Below, in pieces: positions 50,216 to 59,383 of a DNA stretch of 64,000 nucleotides (position 1 is the first letter of the stretch; every line of letters begins with the position of its first letter). The position numbers and the translations under genes are program-made. Source of the stretch: Candidatus Eiseniibacteriota bacterium (lineage in GTDB: Bacteria > Eisenbacteria > RBG-16-71-46 > DASYSL01); assembly GCA_031431875.1 (NCBI GenBank), contig JANPEF010000061.1, positions 1 through 64,000 of the forward strand, in the 5' to 3' direction. The notes under the pieces were generated by a model that ran no database searches, was not told where the DNA came from, and was given only the letters and a program-made list of their open reading frames with translations.

Positions 50216-50363
50216 GGCCGGCTCCCTTCGTATGCGGCTCTGCTGCTTCAAGCAGCAAACCGCGTCAGAGTGGATCAAACCACCCGGTCGTTCCCGGGGT
50301 TCCTGGTTGGGAACGACGGTACGAACCGGGGGCCGGTCATGCCATAGGGTCTAGAGTCGGGGC

Positions 50364-51083
50364 CTAGTCCGGCAGCGTCGAGACCTTGAACGGCGTCGGC
50401 GGAGACGAGGTGACGACCTTGCCGCCTTCGTCCCGGGCGTCCACGCGGACGAGCAGCGCCTGTCCCGCAACCGGACGGAAGTCGAGTTCGGAGGCCGGCA
50501 CGTCGAGCGCCGAGTCGCCGCGCACGCTCCGGTATGCCAGCTCTTCGAGGCGGTCCGAGTAGACGCGCACCTCGTAGGTGTCGGCGCCCGGAACCGCGTT
50601 CCACGAGACGTGCAATCCGTCGACATCGAGCCCGGCCGAGCGGACGCGCAGCATCGGCGCATTCGCATCGCTCGATCCGCCGCGCAGGACCTGCGATGGA
50701 TCGTGCTCCGCATGGCGCGGCCACAGAACGACCCCGCCCACCACGATTGCCGCCACCACGAGCCCCAGCGCGGGCCGCAGTGCCGGCGCGAACAGCGCGG
50801 CCCACCACGAGGTGCGCGGCGTCGCGCGTAACGGCGCGTGGGGTGCAGGGTCGGGTTCGGAAGGCGCGCCGATCGTCCGCGCCAGGAACGCCGACAGCCG
50901 GGCGTCCGCCGCCGCGACGTCCGGCAGCGCGGCGTCGGCGCCGGGATCCATGAACCGGGCGTAGGCATCGAGCAGCGCGCCGCAGCGCGGGCACTGCGCG
51001 ACGTGGGCGCGGCGCGGATCCGTCGCCGGCAGCTCGGCGACCGTGGCCAGTTCCTCGACCGGCATGCAGGGCGTGACGGTCAC
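50364..51083 (-). CDS. Putative zinc-binding membrane anti-sigma factor
   Basis: HVAQCPRC (HxxxCxxC ZAS motif), single TM helix, extracytoplasmic tail; overlaps the sigma stop. Confidence 0.8.
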   Translation of the reverse strand: MTVTPCMPVEELATVAELPATDPRRAHVAQCPRCGALLDAYARFMDPGADAALPDVAAADARLSAFLARTIGAPSEPDPAPHAPLRATPRTSWWAALFAPALRPALGLVVAAIVVGGVVLWPRHAEHDPSQVLRGGSSDANAPMLRVRSAGLDVDGLHVSWNAVPGADTYEVRVYSDRLEELAYRSVRGDSALDVPASELDFRPVAGQALLVRVDARDEGGKVVTSSPPTPFKVSTLPD

Positions 51084-51661
51084 GGCGTTCTCCCTGCGAG
51101 CGCGGTGCGGAGCTTGCGCCGGGCGCGCTGCAGGAGTGCGCGTGCCCCGGTCGCATTGTCGAGCCTCATCACGACCGTGATCTCCTCGACGGGCAGTCGC
51201 TCGAAGCAGCGCAGCCACAGCGCTTCCCGTTCCTCGGGATCGAGAGTGTCGGCAAGCAGCTGGCGCAACGCTATCTCATCCTGCAGCTCCCCCAGCATCC
51301 GTTCCGGGGTGCCGTCCGTCGCCGGCAGCGTCTCGAGCTCGACGTCGTCGTCGCGCAGCAGGCCCGGCGCCGCGAGTTCGTTCAGGCAACGATTGCGCGC
51401 GATCGCGAAAAGCCACGAGCCGAAGAGCGCCCGGCCCTGGAACGAGCCCAGGGCGCGCCACGCCCGCAGCAGCACCTCCTGCGCCAGTTCGAGCGCTCGT
51501 TCCGGATCCCGCACGTAGCGGTGACACCACACGTACACCCGACGCTGGTAGCGCCCGAGCAACGCCGAAGCCGCGGCCCGCCCGCCCGCCCCGTCGGGAT
51601 CGGCGGCGTGGCGGGCGAGGAACTCGTCGTCGGTCGGCTCGGGGCGCGGGGCCTCGCTCAT
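51080..51661 (-). CDS. ECF RNA polymerase sigma factor
   Basis: ELAQEVLLRAW, F.G.A.F.SWLFAIARNRC, region 4 EREALWLR..E.L..EEI..LQRARRKL. Confidence 0.9.
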   Translation of the reverse strand: MSEAPRPEPTDDEFLARHAADPDGAGGRAAASALLGRYQRRVYVWCHRYVRDPERALELAQEVLLRAWRALGSFQGRALFGSWLFAIARNRCLNELAAPGLLRDDDVELETLPATDGTPERMLGELQDEIALRQLLADTLDPEEREALWLRCFERLPVEEITVVMRLDNATGARALLQRARRKLRTALAGRTP

Positions 51662-51851
51662 CGGATAGGAACGGCTCCAGGGCCGGAAATCACAGGCGGC
51701 GGGCCGGGACGGGGCAGGCGACCGGTAGCGGACAGCGTAAGCCGTGGCGCCGCAAACGGGAAGGGGCCCGTCCGGTTTCGCTTGTCGCGCCCGAAAGCGC
51801 CCCGTACCGTGCGGGTCGCGCGGCGCATCGTGCCGCCGCAGGGAGGACGCC

Positions 51852-52301
51852 GTGACCAATTCCGTGAACTGGATGCTCATCATCGTCGGGGCGCTCGCGC
51901 TCGTCGCCGAGGTCGTCCTCGGCGTCATCACCGGTTTCGACCTCGCGATCGTCGGCCTGGCGCTCATGGTCGGCGGCGGAATCGGGCTCGCCTTCGGGTC
52001 GGCCGAGGTCGGCCTGTTCGCCGCCGGCGCGTTCGCGTTCCTCTACCTCGCGTTCTTCCGCCGGCAGGTCAAGGCGCGGCTGGCCGCCGGGCCCGCCCGG
52101 CCGACGAACATCGACGTGGTGCTGGGCAAGAGCGGAATGGTGACCGAGCGGATCGGGCCGCATGCGCCGGGAATGGTACGGGTCGGCGACGAACTGTGGC
52201 GCGCGGCGCTGCTGGACGAGGGCGCGGGCGCGATGGCGAAGGAACCCGGAACGACGGTGCTGGTGGACTCGGTCGAGGGCGTAACCCTTAAGGTGAGGTG
52301 A
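51852..52301 (+). CDS. NfeD family membrane protein
   Basis: TM helices, then G.VRVGDELWRA..V.V..VEGVTL.V; upstream of an SPFH gene. Confidence 0.88.
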   Translation: MTNSVNWMLIIVGALALVAEVVLGVITGFDLAIVGLALMVGGGIGLAFGSAEVGLFAAGAFAFLYLAFFRRQVKARLAAGPARPTNIDVVLGKSGMVTERIGPHAPGMVRVGDELWRAALLDEGAGAMAKEPGTTVLVDSVEGVTLKVR

Positions 52302-53317
52302 CGACGATGAACGAAGGCAACAGTTTCTTCCCGGTCCTGCTCGGGATCTTTGCCGTCCTCGGGCTCATCACGCTGGCGCGCACGGCGCGCATCGTGAACC
52401 AGTACGAGAAGGCGCTGGTCATGCGCCTGGGCAAGTACAAGTGCACGGTCGACTCGGGTCTGACCTTTCTCGCGCCGTTCATCGAGGACATGATCAAGGT
52501 CGACATGCGCGAGAAGGTGATCAACGTCGAGCCGCAGAAGGTCATCACCAAGGACAACGTGACCGTCATCGTCGATGCCGTCATCTACTACAAGGTGATC
52601 GACCCGGTGAAGACCGAGTTCGAGGTGCAGAACTTCGGCTATGCCTGCACCACGCTGGCGCAGACCAACCTGCGCAACCTGATCGGCGACCGCACGCTCG
52701 ACGAGACGCTGGTCGCCCGCGACATGATCAACACCAACCTCCGCCTCGTCCTCGACGAGGCGACGAACCTGTGGGGCGTCAAGGTGACGCGCGTCGAGGT
52801 GCAGAAGATCGACCCGCCGGTCGACATCACCGAGGCGATGTCGCGGCAGATGAAGGCCGAGCGCGACAAGCGCGCCTCGATCCTCGAATCCGAGGGCTTC
52901 AAGCAGAGCCAGATCCTGCAGGCCGAGGGCGTCAAGCAGGCCGACATCCTGCGCGCCGAGGGCGAGGCCCAGGCCCGCGTGACGCGCGCCAACGCCGAGG
53001 CCGAGGCGATCAAGCTGGTTTCGACCGCCGCCGAGACGTACTTCAAGGACCGCGCCGAGGTGATGCGTCGCCTCGAAGTGCTGAACCACACCCTGTCGGA
53101 GAACACGAAGTTCGTGCTGCCGTCGAACGGCGAGTTCGTCAACGTGCTCGGGCTGGGCGATGCCGGTGGTGGCGGTGGTCGTCGCCGTGGCGGGGATGAC
53201 GGCGGGAGCGGTGGCGGTGGCAAGGGCGGCTCCGGCGGTTCTTCAGGCCCGAGCGGCGGGATGGGTGGCGGCTTCGGCGGCGGCGAGATCCCGGTCGTGC
53301 CCCTGCGCCGCTCGTGA
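52298..53317 (+). CDS. SPFH/band 7 (QmcA/stomatin-like) protein with Gly-rich tail
   Basis: RLGKY, QKVITKDNV, AQTNLRN.IG, WGVKVTRVE, QMKAERDKRA. Confidence 0.93.
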   Translation: MTTMNEGNSFFPVLLGIFAVLGLITLARTARIVNQYEKALVMRLGKYKCTVDSGLTFLAPFIEDMIKVDMREKVINVEPQKVITKDNVTVIVDAVIYYKVIDPVKTEFEVQNFGYACTTLAQTNLRNLIGDRTLDETLVARDMINTNLRLVLDEATNLWGVKVTRVEVQKIDPPVDITEAMSRQMKAERDKRASILESEGFKQSQILQAEGVKQADILRAEGEAQARVTRANAEAEAIKLVSTAAETYFKDRAEVMRRLEVLNHTLSENTKFVLPSNGEFVNVLGLGDAGGGGGRRRGGDDGGSGGGGKGGSGGSSGPSGGMGGGFGGGEIPVVPLRRS

Positions 53318-53667
53318 GCGACGGCGGCGAGCTCTTCGCCTCCGACGTCCGCATCGTGTTCTCGACGGCGCCCGACACCGAGGCGGCGCTCCGCCTCGGC
53401 CGGACGCTGGTCGAGGAGCGCCTGGCCGCGTGCGTCAACGTCGTGCCCGGTGTGCGCTCGATCTATCGCTGGCGCGAAGCGGTGGAGGAGGCCGAGGAAG
53501 TGATGCTTGTCCTCAAGACGACGGCCGCCGCCGCCCCCGCGCTGGCTGCGCGGCTGGCGGCGCTCCATCCCTACGAGGTTCCCGAGGTGCTTGCGATCGA
53601 GCCGGCCGCCGGTGCCGAGGCGTACCTCGGCTGGATCGGCGAGAGCGTGACAACACCGGCGCGTTAG
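53314..53667 (+). CDS. cutA: Divalent-cation tolerance protein
   Basis: LVEERLAACVN, SIYRW, LKT, HPYEVPE. Confidence 0.93.
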   Translation: MSDGGELFASDVRIVFSTAPDTEAALRLGRTLVEERLAACVNVVPGVRSIYRWREAVEEAEEVMLVLKTTAAAAPALAARLAALHPYEVPEVLAIEPAAGAEAYLGWIGESVTTPAR

Positions 53668-53674
53668 CGCCGCT

Positions 53675-55069
53675 CTACGGCCCGAGGCCTTCGGGAATCG
53701 CCGCCCCGGGAGCCGTCGCGGCGAATACATCCTGCGATTCCGTCGCCACGGCCGTACCCGGCTTCGGCTTCATGAACGGCAGCAGGACCAGCGGCAACAG
53801 CCCCACGACGCAGTCGATCACGAGCGTCTTCGGGTAGCCGAAGCGCACGATCGAGAAGCCCTGCCACGTCGAGGTGTACGAGATGGCGAAGTTCTGCATC
53901 GCCATGTACGCCGTGAACTGCGTCGCCGCCACCGCCGGCGTCGTGATGTCCATGAACAGCGCGCTGCGGATCCCGTAGTACAACCCCTGGAACACGTTGT
54001 AGGAGATGCAGGCAATCCAGAACGCCTGGACGAGCCCGGCCGGCACCGCGGGGCGGTCCGGGGCGTTCGCCGCGATCGAGTGGATCCAGCCGTACTGTTG
54101 CATCTGCCAGGCGAGGTACAGCGTCGGCACCGCGGTCATCGCGATGAAGACGGCCAGCGTGCGCCGCCGGCCGAAACGGTCGGAGACCCACCCGCCGGTG
54201 ATGCAGGTCACGGCGAAGATGACCGTCGACCAGAGATTGAGCGTGGCCACCTGGTTGTCGGTGAAGCCCAGCTCGACGGCCAGAGTCGACTGCAGCGCGA
54301 GCGCCAGGGCGTAGGCGCCCAGCGGCAACAGCGCCGAGAACACGCCGACGAGCGCGGCTTGCGACCCGATGAACGCCCTATACGCCTGGACGACGAAGGT
54401 CTTGAGCTCGAGGCCGACGGCCGCGACCTTCGAGCCGACGACCGGCGCAGCGAGCGGACGCGCGACCTCGCGCAGCGGCAACACGACGAAGACGGTGACC
54501 AGCAGGATCACACCGATGACGAAGAAGTACGTCGACTGGAACGGCATGACGCCGGCGAGGAACAGCACCATCGATCCGCCGATCGTCTGTCCCACCGACG
54601 CGCCGCCGAACATGAAGCCGTTGGCCACGCCACGCTCCGACTCGGGGAGCACGTTGCAGGCGAGCGCGTCGATGGCCACGTCCATGATCGCCGCGAACGA
54701 GTTGTGGACGGCGATGATGATGGTGAAGAGGGCGAGGTTCTTCACGTAGTCGATCGGCCAGGCGAGGAGCAGCGTGGCGGCCATGCCCAGCTGCATGAGG
54801 AAGATCCACAGCCGGCGGCGGCCGAAGCGGTCGCTCGAGAACGTGTCGACGAACGGCCCGGCGATCCACTTGAACGCCCACGGCAGGTAGAGCGAGCCGA
54901 CGAACGCGCCGATCAGCTCCGGCGACAGGCCCTGGCGGCGCATCTGCGTGCCGATGGCGGTGGCGGTGAAGCCGAGCGGGATGCCCTCGGTCATGTAGAG
55001 CAGGAAGAACGCGGTGAGGCGACCGTTCTTGGTCGCCAGCAGGTCGGGGAGCGGCAGGCGGAAGCTCAT
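53675..55069 (-). CDS. AmpG-like MFS transporter
   Basis: LLYMTEGIPLGF, LPWAFKW.AGPFVD, DVAIDALA, ERG.ANG, AATQFTAYMA. Confidence 0.88.
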   Translation of the reverse strand: MSFRLPLPDLLATKNGRLTAFFLLYMTEGIPLGFTATAIGTQMRRQGLSPELIGAFVGSLYLPWAFKWIAGPFVDTFSSDRFGRRRLWIFLMQLGMAATLLLAWPIDYVKNLALFTIIIAVHNSFAAIMDVAIDALACNVLPESERGVANGFMFGGASVGQTIGGSMVLFLAGVMPFQSTYFFVIGVILLVTVFVVLPLREVARPLAAPVVGSKVAAVGLELKTFVVQAYRAFIGSQAALVGVFSALLPLGAYALALALQSTLAVELGFTDNQVATLNLWSTVIFAVTCITGGWVSDRFGRRRTLAVFIAMTAVPTLYLAWQMQQYGWIHSIAANAPDRPAVPAGLVQAFWIACISYNVFQGLYYGIRSALFMDITTPAVAATQFTAYMAMQNFAISYTSTWQGFSIVRFGYPKTLVIDCVVGLLPLVLLPFMKPKPGTAVATESQDVFAATAPGAAIPEGLGP

Positions 55070-56430
55070 CAGTGAACGACTCCTTCCGGAATGGCCGCGC
55101 CGGGACCGGGGCCCGACGGCGGAGCGAACCCCGCGGCCGCATGTCTGGCGGACAGCGGAGTGACGAACGGCAGGATGAGCAGGCACACCAGGCCGAAGGC
55201 CGCGTCGAACCCGAGGGTGAGAGGATACCCGAATCGCTCGATCGAGTGGCCCTGCCACCACGCGGCCATCGAGGAGGCCAGGTTGCACAGGGCCATGTAC
55301 GCGGTGAACTGGGTGGCGGCCACGCGCGGCGTCGTGATGTCCATGTAGAGCGCGGTGCCCGCGCCGTACATGAGGCCCTGCGCGATGTAGTACGAGAGGC
55401 AGGCGGTCCAGAACGCGCTGATCGCCGCCGCCCCGATCGCCCCGCCGGCGAGCAAGAGTGCGAGGCAGACGCCGGGCACGGACATCAGGGCGACGAAGAG
55501 CGCGATCGTGCGGCGGCGGCCCAGGCGATCCGACAGCCAGCCGCCGACCACGCAGCCCAGCGCCCCGCAGAACGACGAAGCCATCGCCAGCGCGCCGATG
55601 GCGCCGTCGTCCATGCCCAGCTCGACCGCGAGGTTCGATTGCAGCGCCAGGCCGAGGCCCATGGCGCCCATCGGCAGGAGCGCCAGCAGCACGCCGAACA
55701 GGGCGCCGCGCGAGCCGGTGAAGGCGTGCCACGACGCGACGAGGAACTCGCGCATGCGCGCGCCCGCCGCCGCCAGCGCCGCCGCAGGGCCGGCGCCGGG
55801 GCCGCCCGCGTGCGCCGCCGCCACCGCAGCCGTCTCGCGCAGGCGCAGCGAGACCACGATCCCGATCAGCGCGACCGCTCCGGCAACGACGAGGAACGTG
55901 GCGCGGAACGGCATGGCCGCGGTCAGCATGAGCACGCCGCCGCCGCCCAGTGCGGTGCCCACCGCTTGTCCCGCGAACATGACGCCGTTCGCCGTCCCAC
56001 GTTCCTCGACGGGCAGCACGTTGCAGGCGAGCGCGTCGATCGCGACGTCCTGCGTCGCGGCGAAGGCGTTGTGCAGGATCAGGAGCCCGGTGAAGAGTGC
56101 GAGCTGCTGCGCGGGATCGACGGTCATGGCCACCAGCAGCGTGACGACCATGAGGCCCTGCGCCAGCACGACCCAGAATCGCCGCGGTCCCCAGCGCGCC
56201 ACGGTCAGCGAGTCGACGATCGGCCCCACCGCCCACTTGAACGCCCACGGCAGGTAGAGCGCAGCGACGTAGGTCCCGATCTCCGCGGGACCCAGGCCCA
56301 GTCGGCGCATCTGTGTGGCCACGGCGACCACCGCGAAGCCCGAGGGCAGGCCCTCACTGACATAGAGGAGGAAGAACGAGACGAGGCGGGCGCGACGCGT
56401 GCCGAGAGGGTCGGACGGAAGGAGGCGCAT
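55069..56430 (-). CDS. AmpG-like MFS transporter (tandem paralog)
   Basis: LLYVSEGLPSGF, LPWAFKW, ATQDVAIDALA, AATQFTAYMA. Confidence 0.88.
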   Translation of the reverse strand: MRLLPSDPLGTRRARLVSFFLLYVSEGLPSGFAVVAVATQMRRLGLGPAEIGTYVAALYLPWAFKWAVGPIVDSLTVARWGPRRFWVVLAQGLMVVTLLVAMTVDPAQQLALFTGLLILHNAFAATQDVAIDALACNVLPVEERGTANGVMFAGQAVGTALGGGGVLMLTAAMPFRATFLVVAGAVALIGIVVSLRLRETAAVAAAHAGGPGAGPAAALAAAGARMREFLVASWHAFTGSRGALFGVLLALLPMGAMGLGLALQSNLAVELGMDDGAIGALAMASSFCGALGCVVGGWLSDRLGRRRTIALFVALMSVPGVCLALLLAGGAIGAAAISAFWTACLSYYIAQGLMYGAGTALYMDITTPRVAATQFTAYMALCNLASSMAAWWQGHSIERFGYPLTLGFDAAFGLVCLLILPFVTPLSARHAAAGFAPPSGPGPGAAIPEGVVH

Positions 56431-56578
56431 GGGCGCGCACCTTAGCACAGCCGGCGTCCGATTCTCCCGACGAGCGTCCGGCACTCCCGACAGGGCGGCG
56501 GGCACCGCGTGCAGCGCCTCGATCCGGGACTTCCCGCGAACCCACGCGAATTCGCGGGCTGGAGGGACCGCGACGCGC

Positions 56579-56593
56579 TGGCATGGCGCGTGC
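56579..56593 (+). promoter_or_regulatory. Putative sigma54 promoter
   Basis: TGGCATG-GCGC-GTGC about 28 bp before ATG 56622 (GGAGGT RBS). Confidence 0.5.
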
Positions 56594-56621
56594 ATCCCTC
56601 CCCGTGCAGGGGAGGTGGACC

Positions 56622-57404
56622 ATGCACTCGTCCAAGGTCTGTTGGCATCGCTTCATCGCAGTTGCGCGGCGTCGACGTCGCCTGCTGATCCGCCGGGCAG
56701 GCGCGCTCGCGGCGACGTTCACCATCGTGCCGCTCGCCATCGGCGTCGATCCGGTCGATCGCGACACGTCGTTCACGACGTTCACGGTCGGCATCGGCGC
56801 GGGGTCCTACGCCGACGTGGCGCGCGGCTGCAGCGGAGAGGTGATCTCCGCGCGCAGCCGGCCGGTCGGCGACGTCGGGTTCGGCGTCGAGCACGAGATG
56901 GACAGCGCGGTGCTCGGCGTACGGGCCACGCGGCGAGGGTCCGGCATCGGCGGCGACGACGCCGTCGAGTCCTGGGTGGCGAATCCCCACGCGTCGTACG
57001 AGGGGGATCGGTTCGGGATCGGCGCGGGTATCACGCTTCCGGATCAGGTCTCGGCGGGCAACTACACCGACGAGGACTTCGTCCTTCCGTTGACGGGTCA
57101 CATCCGGACCGGCAATCGCGCTCGCGGCACGGACTTCCGCATCAGTTTCGGCGAGAACGTCCCGGCATATTCGCCGGGCGGCGGGGCCGAGATGACGCAG
57201 GGTTTCCGCATCTCGCGTGTCGTCCGGGGCCGCGTCGGCGTGGCGGGGCCGGTGCCGTTCGATCAGGTCGGTCTCATCGTGCGGACGAACGTTCGGGCCA
57301 CCGACGCGCTCACGATCGAGCTGCGCGGTCGCCTCGGGCAGTCCGAGGGTGTCGGCGAGTCGACGATCGGCGTGGGCGTGAGCTACCGGATCGACCACCA
57401 CTAG
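56622..57404 (+). CDS. Hypothetical protein, possibly an outer-membrane beta-barrel
   Basis: Strong RBS; alternating beta-strand pattern; ends IGVGVSYRI. Confidence 0.6.
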   Translation: MHSSKVCWHRFIAVARRRRRLLIRRAGALAATFTIVPLAIGVDPVDRDTSFTTFTVGIGAGSYADVARGCSGEVISARSRPVGDVGFGVEHEMDSAVLGVRATRRGSGIGGDDAVESWVANPHASYEGDRFGIGAGITLPDQVSAGNYTDEDFVLPLTGHIRTGNRARGTDFRISFGENVPAYSPGGGAEMTQGFRISRVVRGRVGVAGPVPFDQVGLIVRTNVRATDALTIELRGRLGQSEGVGESTIGVGVSYRIDHH

Positions 57405-57504
57405 TTCCCGCCACGCGAACGGGCCCGGCGTGCATCCGCCGGGCCCGTCGTGCACCGCGGGCCGGGGCCCGCGCGGGGGGTGCTCGTCTGCGGTCGCGCG
57501 GCGT

Positions 57505-59283
57505 CTACCGCACCATCACCAGCTTGGCGTCGAAGCGCGTCTCGCCCACCTCGCCACGGTAGAAGTACATGCCGGGCGCCACGCGCGCGCCCGTGTCGTC
57601 GGAGCCGTCCCACGCGATCGACGCTTCACCGGCGGGACGCGCCTCGTCGACGAGCGTGCGCACCTTCTGGCCGCGCACGTTGAAGATCTCGAAGTGCACG
57701 TGGCCCGCGGTCGGCTGCGCGTAGCGGATGCGCGCGCCGCCGGTCGTGCTGGCGAACACGACGCTCGATGTCCGCGGAGCAATTTCTGCGAGCGGCAGGA
57801 CGCTGCCGGACTCTGCGGTGACTCCGCCTCTCGGCACCGTCAATCCAGCAGCCGTGGCGTCGAAGGCTGCTCCTTCATTCGCCCTCGCCGCCTGCGGCGG
57901 CGAGATCATGTGATGATCGTGCGCGAAGCCCGAGTGCGATGGCGCGACATACGGGAACGCGCCCTGGAACGGAAGTTCGTTTGCGTCGACGCCGTCGCCC
58001 AGCAGGGAGTTCGGCTCGCCCGCGCCCAGCAGCACGCCCGCGACGGCGCGCAACTCGATGTCGACCACGTCGTCGACCAGGCGGCGGCCGTTGGGGAAGC
58101 CGTCGAGCTGGCCGGCGAGCACGCCGAGGCGGTTCGGCGACAACGACGGGGCGATCGCGGTGTTGAGGCGGATCATCTCGGAGGGGACGACGTCGGCGCG
58201 CTTGTTGAGGCCGTCGACGCCGGTGAGGAACACCGCGACGAGATCGTTGCGCGGCGCCGGAGGTACGGTGAGGCCGTACAGCAGGTTGAGCAGCCGCGCC
58301 GGCTCGGGGTCGACCACGTACGAGAGGAACTGCCCGTCGTCGGCCGGCTTCGACGCGTTCCAGCGATCCTTCTGCGACAGCGGCAGCACGATCTCGTTGA
58401 CCAGCGGCATGCCCAGGCGCGACACCTGCTGCCACGGACCCTTCTCGTCGTCCCACGCCATCTTCCTGCCGGTGCCGCCGGCCTTGCGGCTCGCCGTCGC
58501 CCACACGCCGAGGATCGCGTTCGGATCGGTGGTACCGGTGGGCATCGCGCCGGTCGCGGTCAGCTTCGCGATCGGCACCTGGATCGCGATCGTCTGGCAG
58601 TTGTACCCGCCCAGGCCGTCGACTCCGCCACCGGCGTTACCCGGCGCGCCCGGGCGAATGGTCAGCAGGTCGAACACCGCACCCAGGTCGACGAAGAACG
58701 GATCGTCGCTCTGGCCGGCGTACACCTTGATGTCGCCGTCGAGGGTGCGCACCGCCTGCTGCATGAGCACGGGCCAGTTCGGCGTCGACGCCGGGCCGAT
58801 GTTCGACGGGGTCGTGGACAGGTCGTTGCCGAGCACACGACGCCCGTTCGACTCCTCGCTCGTGACGTAGAGCTGGTAGGTCTGCGGCCGGTTCCAGTTC
58901 GGGTCGGTGAGGCTGTGGATCGGCCCGACGTTGTAGAGGAACGTGTTGGCGTTGCGGGTCGCGGTCGAGAAGCGGAAGTTGTAGACGATCTCGGCGGCCG
59001 GGTCGCCGTCATTGCTGACCTTGACCTGGTAGAGCACCTCATCGCCGAACTTGTAGAAGTTCGGGCCGCCGCCGGGCTCCTGCACGCCGTTGTAGGTCGC
59101 GATCAGCGTGACCGTGCCCGGCGCATCGGGGCTGACGAAGGCATAGACGTCGAGGTTGTCGGCGACGGGATCTTCGGCGATGGCGGGGGCTTCGCGGTGG
59201 CTCGAAGCCAGGGCGATCGACGGCAGCAGGGACACGGCGCTGGCAAGCAGCAGGGCACGGGCAAACGAAAGCGGACGGGACAT
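57505..59283 (-). CDS. DUF4331-domain secreted protein with C-terminal FlgD-Ig/T9SS-like domain
   Basis: ASSHREAP, DVYAF, DDPFFVDL, QVSRLGMPLVNE, GFPNGRR..DDVVD; tail FNVRGQKVRTL...WDG.DD.G...PGMYFYR. Confidence 0.88.
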   Translation of the reverse strand: MSRPLSFARALLLASAVSLLPSIALASSHREAPAIAEDPVADNLDVYAFVSPDAPGTVTLIATYNGVQEPGGGPNFYKFGDEVLYQVKVSNDGDPAAEIVYNFRFSTATRNANTFLYNVGPIHSLTDPNWNRPQTYQLYVTSEESNGRRVLGNDLSTTPSNIGPASTPNWPVLMQQAVRTLDGDIKVYAGQSDDPFFVDLGAVFDLLTIRPGAPGNAGGGVDGLGGYNCQTIAIQVPIAKLTATGAMPTGTTDPNAILGVWATASRKAGGTGRKMAWDDEKGPWQQVSRLGMPLVNEIVLPLSQKDRWNASKPADDGQFLSYVVDPEPARLLNLLYGLTVPPAPRNDLVAVFLTGVDGLNKRADVVPSEMIRLNTAIAPSLSPNRLGVLAGQLDGFPNGRRLVDDVVDIELRAVAGVLLGAGEPNSLLGDGVDANELPFQGAFPYVAPSHSGFAHDHHMISPPQAARANEGAAFDATAAGLTVPRGGVTAESGSVLPLAEIAPRTSSVVFASTTGGARIRYAQPTAGHVHFEIFNVRGQKVRTLVDEARPAGEASIAWDGSDDTGARVAPGMYFYRGEVGETRFDAKLVMVR

Positions 59284-59383
59284 CGGACGACCTCCGGACT
59301 GGGATGGGACACGGGTTCTGGGCCTCACCCGGGATACGGACCCCGCCGGCGATCGGATGACCCGCGGATGCTAGGATGCGGCC

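Larger units (their letters stand above)
48797..50352 (-). mobile_element. IS110-family (IS1111-like) insertion sequence
   Basis: Subterminal IRs tatggcatgacc (48799-48810) and ggtcatgccata (50335-50346); CT at both junctions (48795-96, 50351-52); DEDD recombinase; long structured downstream non-coding end. Confidence 0.9.

Noticed and set aside
51662..51851. Possible riboswitch between the ECF sigma gene and nfeD
   Set aside because: The GCAAAC-containing segment lacks the remaining c-di-GMP-I consensus; likely just a divergent promoter region.
53160..53285. GGC-rich low-complexity stretch
   Set aside because: Encodes the Gly-rich tail of the SPFH protein; not a CRISPR array or regular DNA repeat.
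53461..53472. ATCTATCGCT in cutA, identical to the IS left flank
   Set aside because: It is followed by GG rather than AG and has no IS ends nearby; probably chance.
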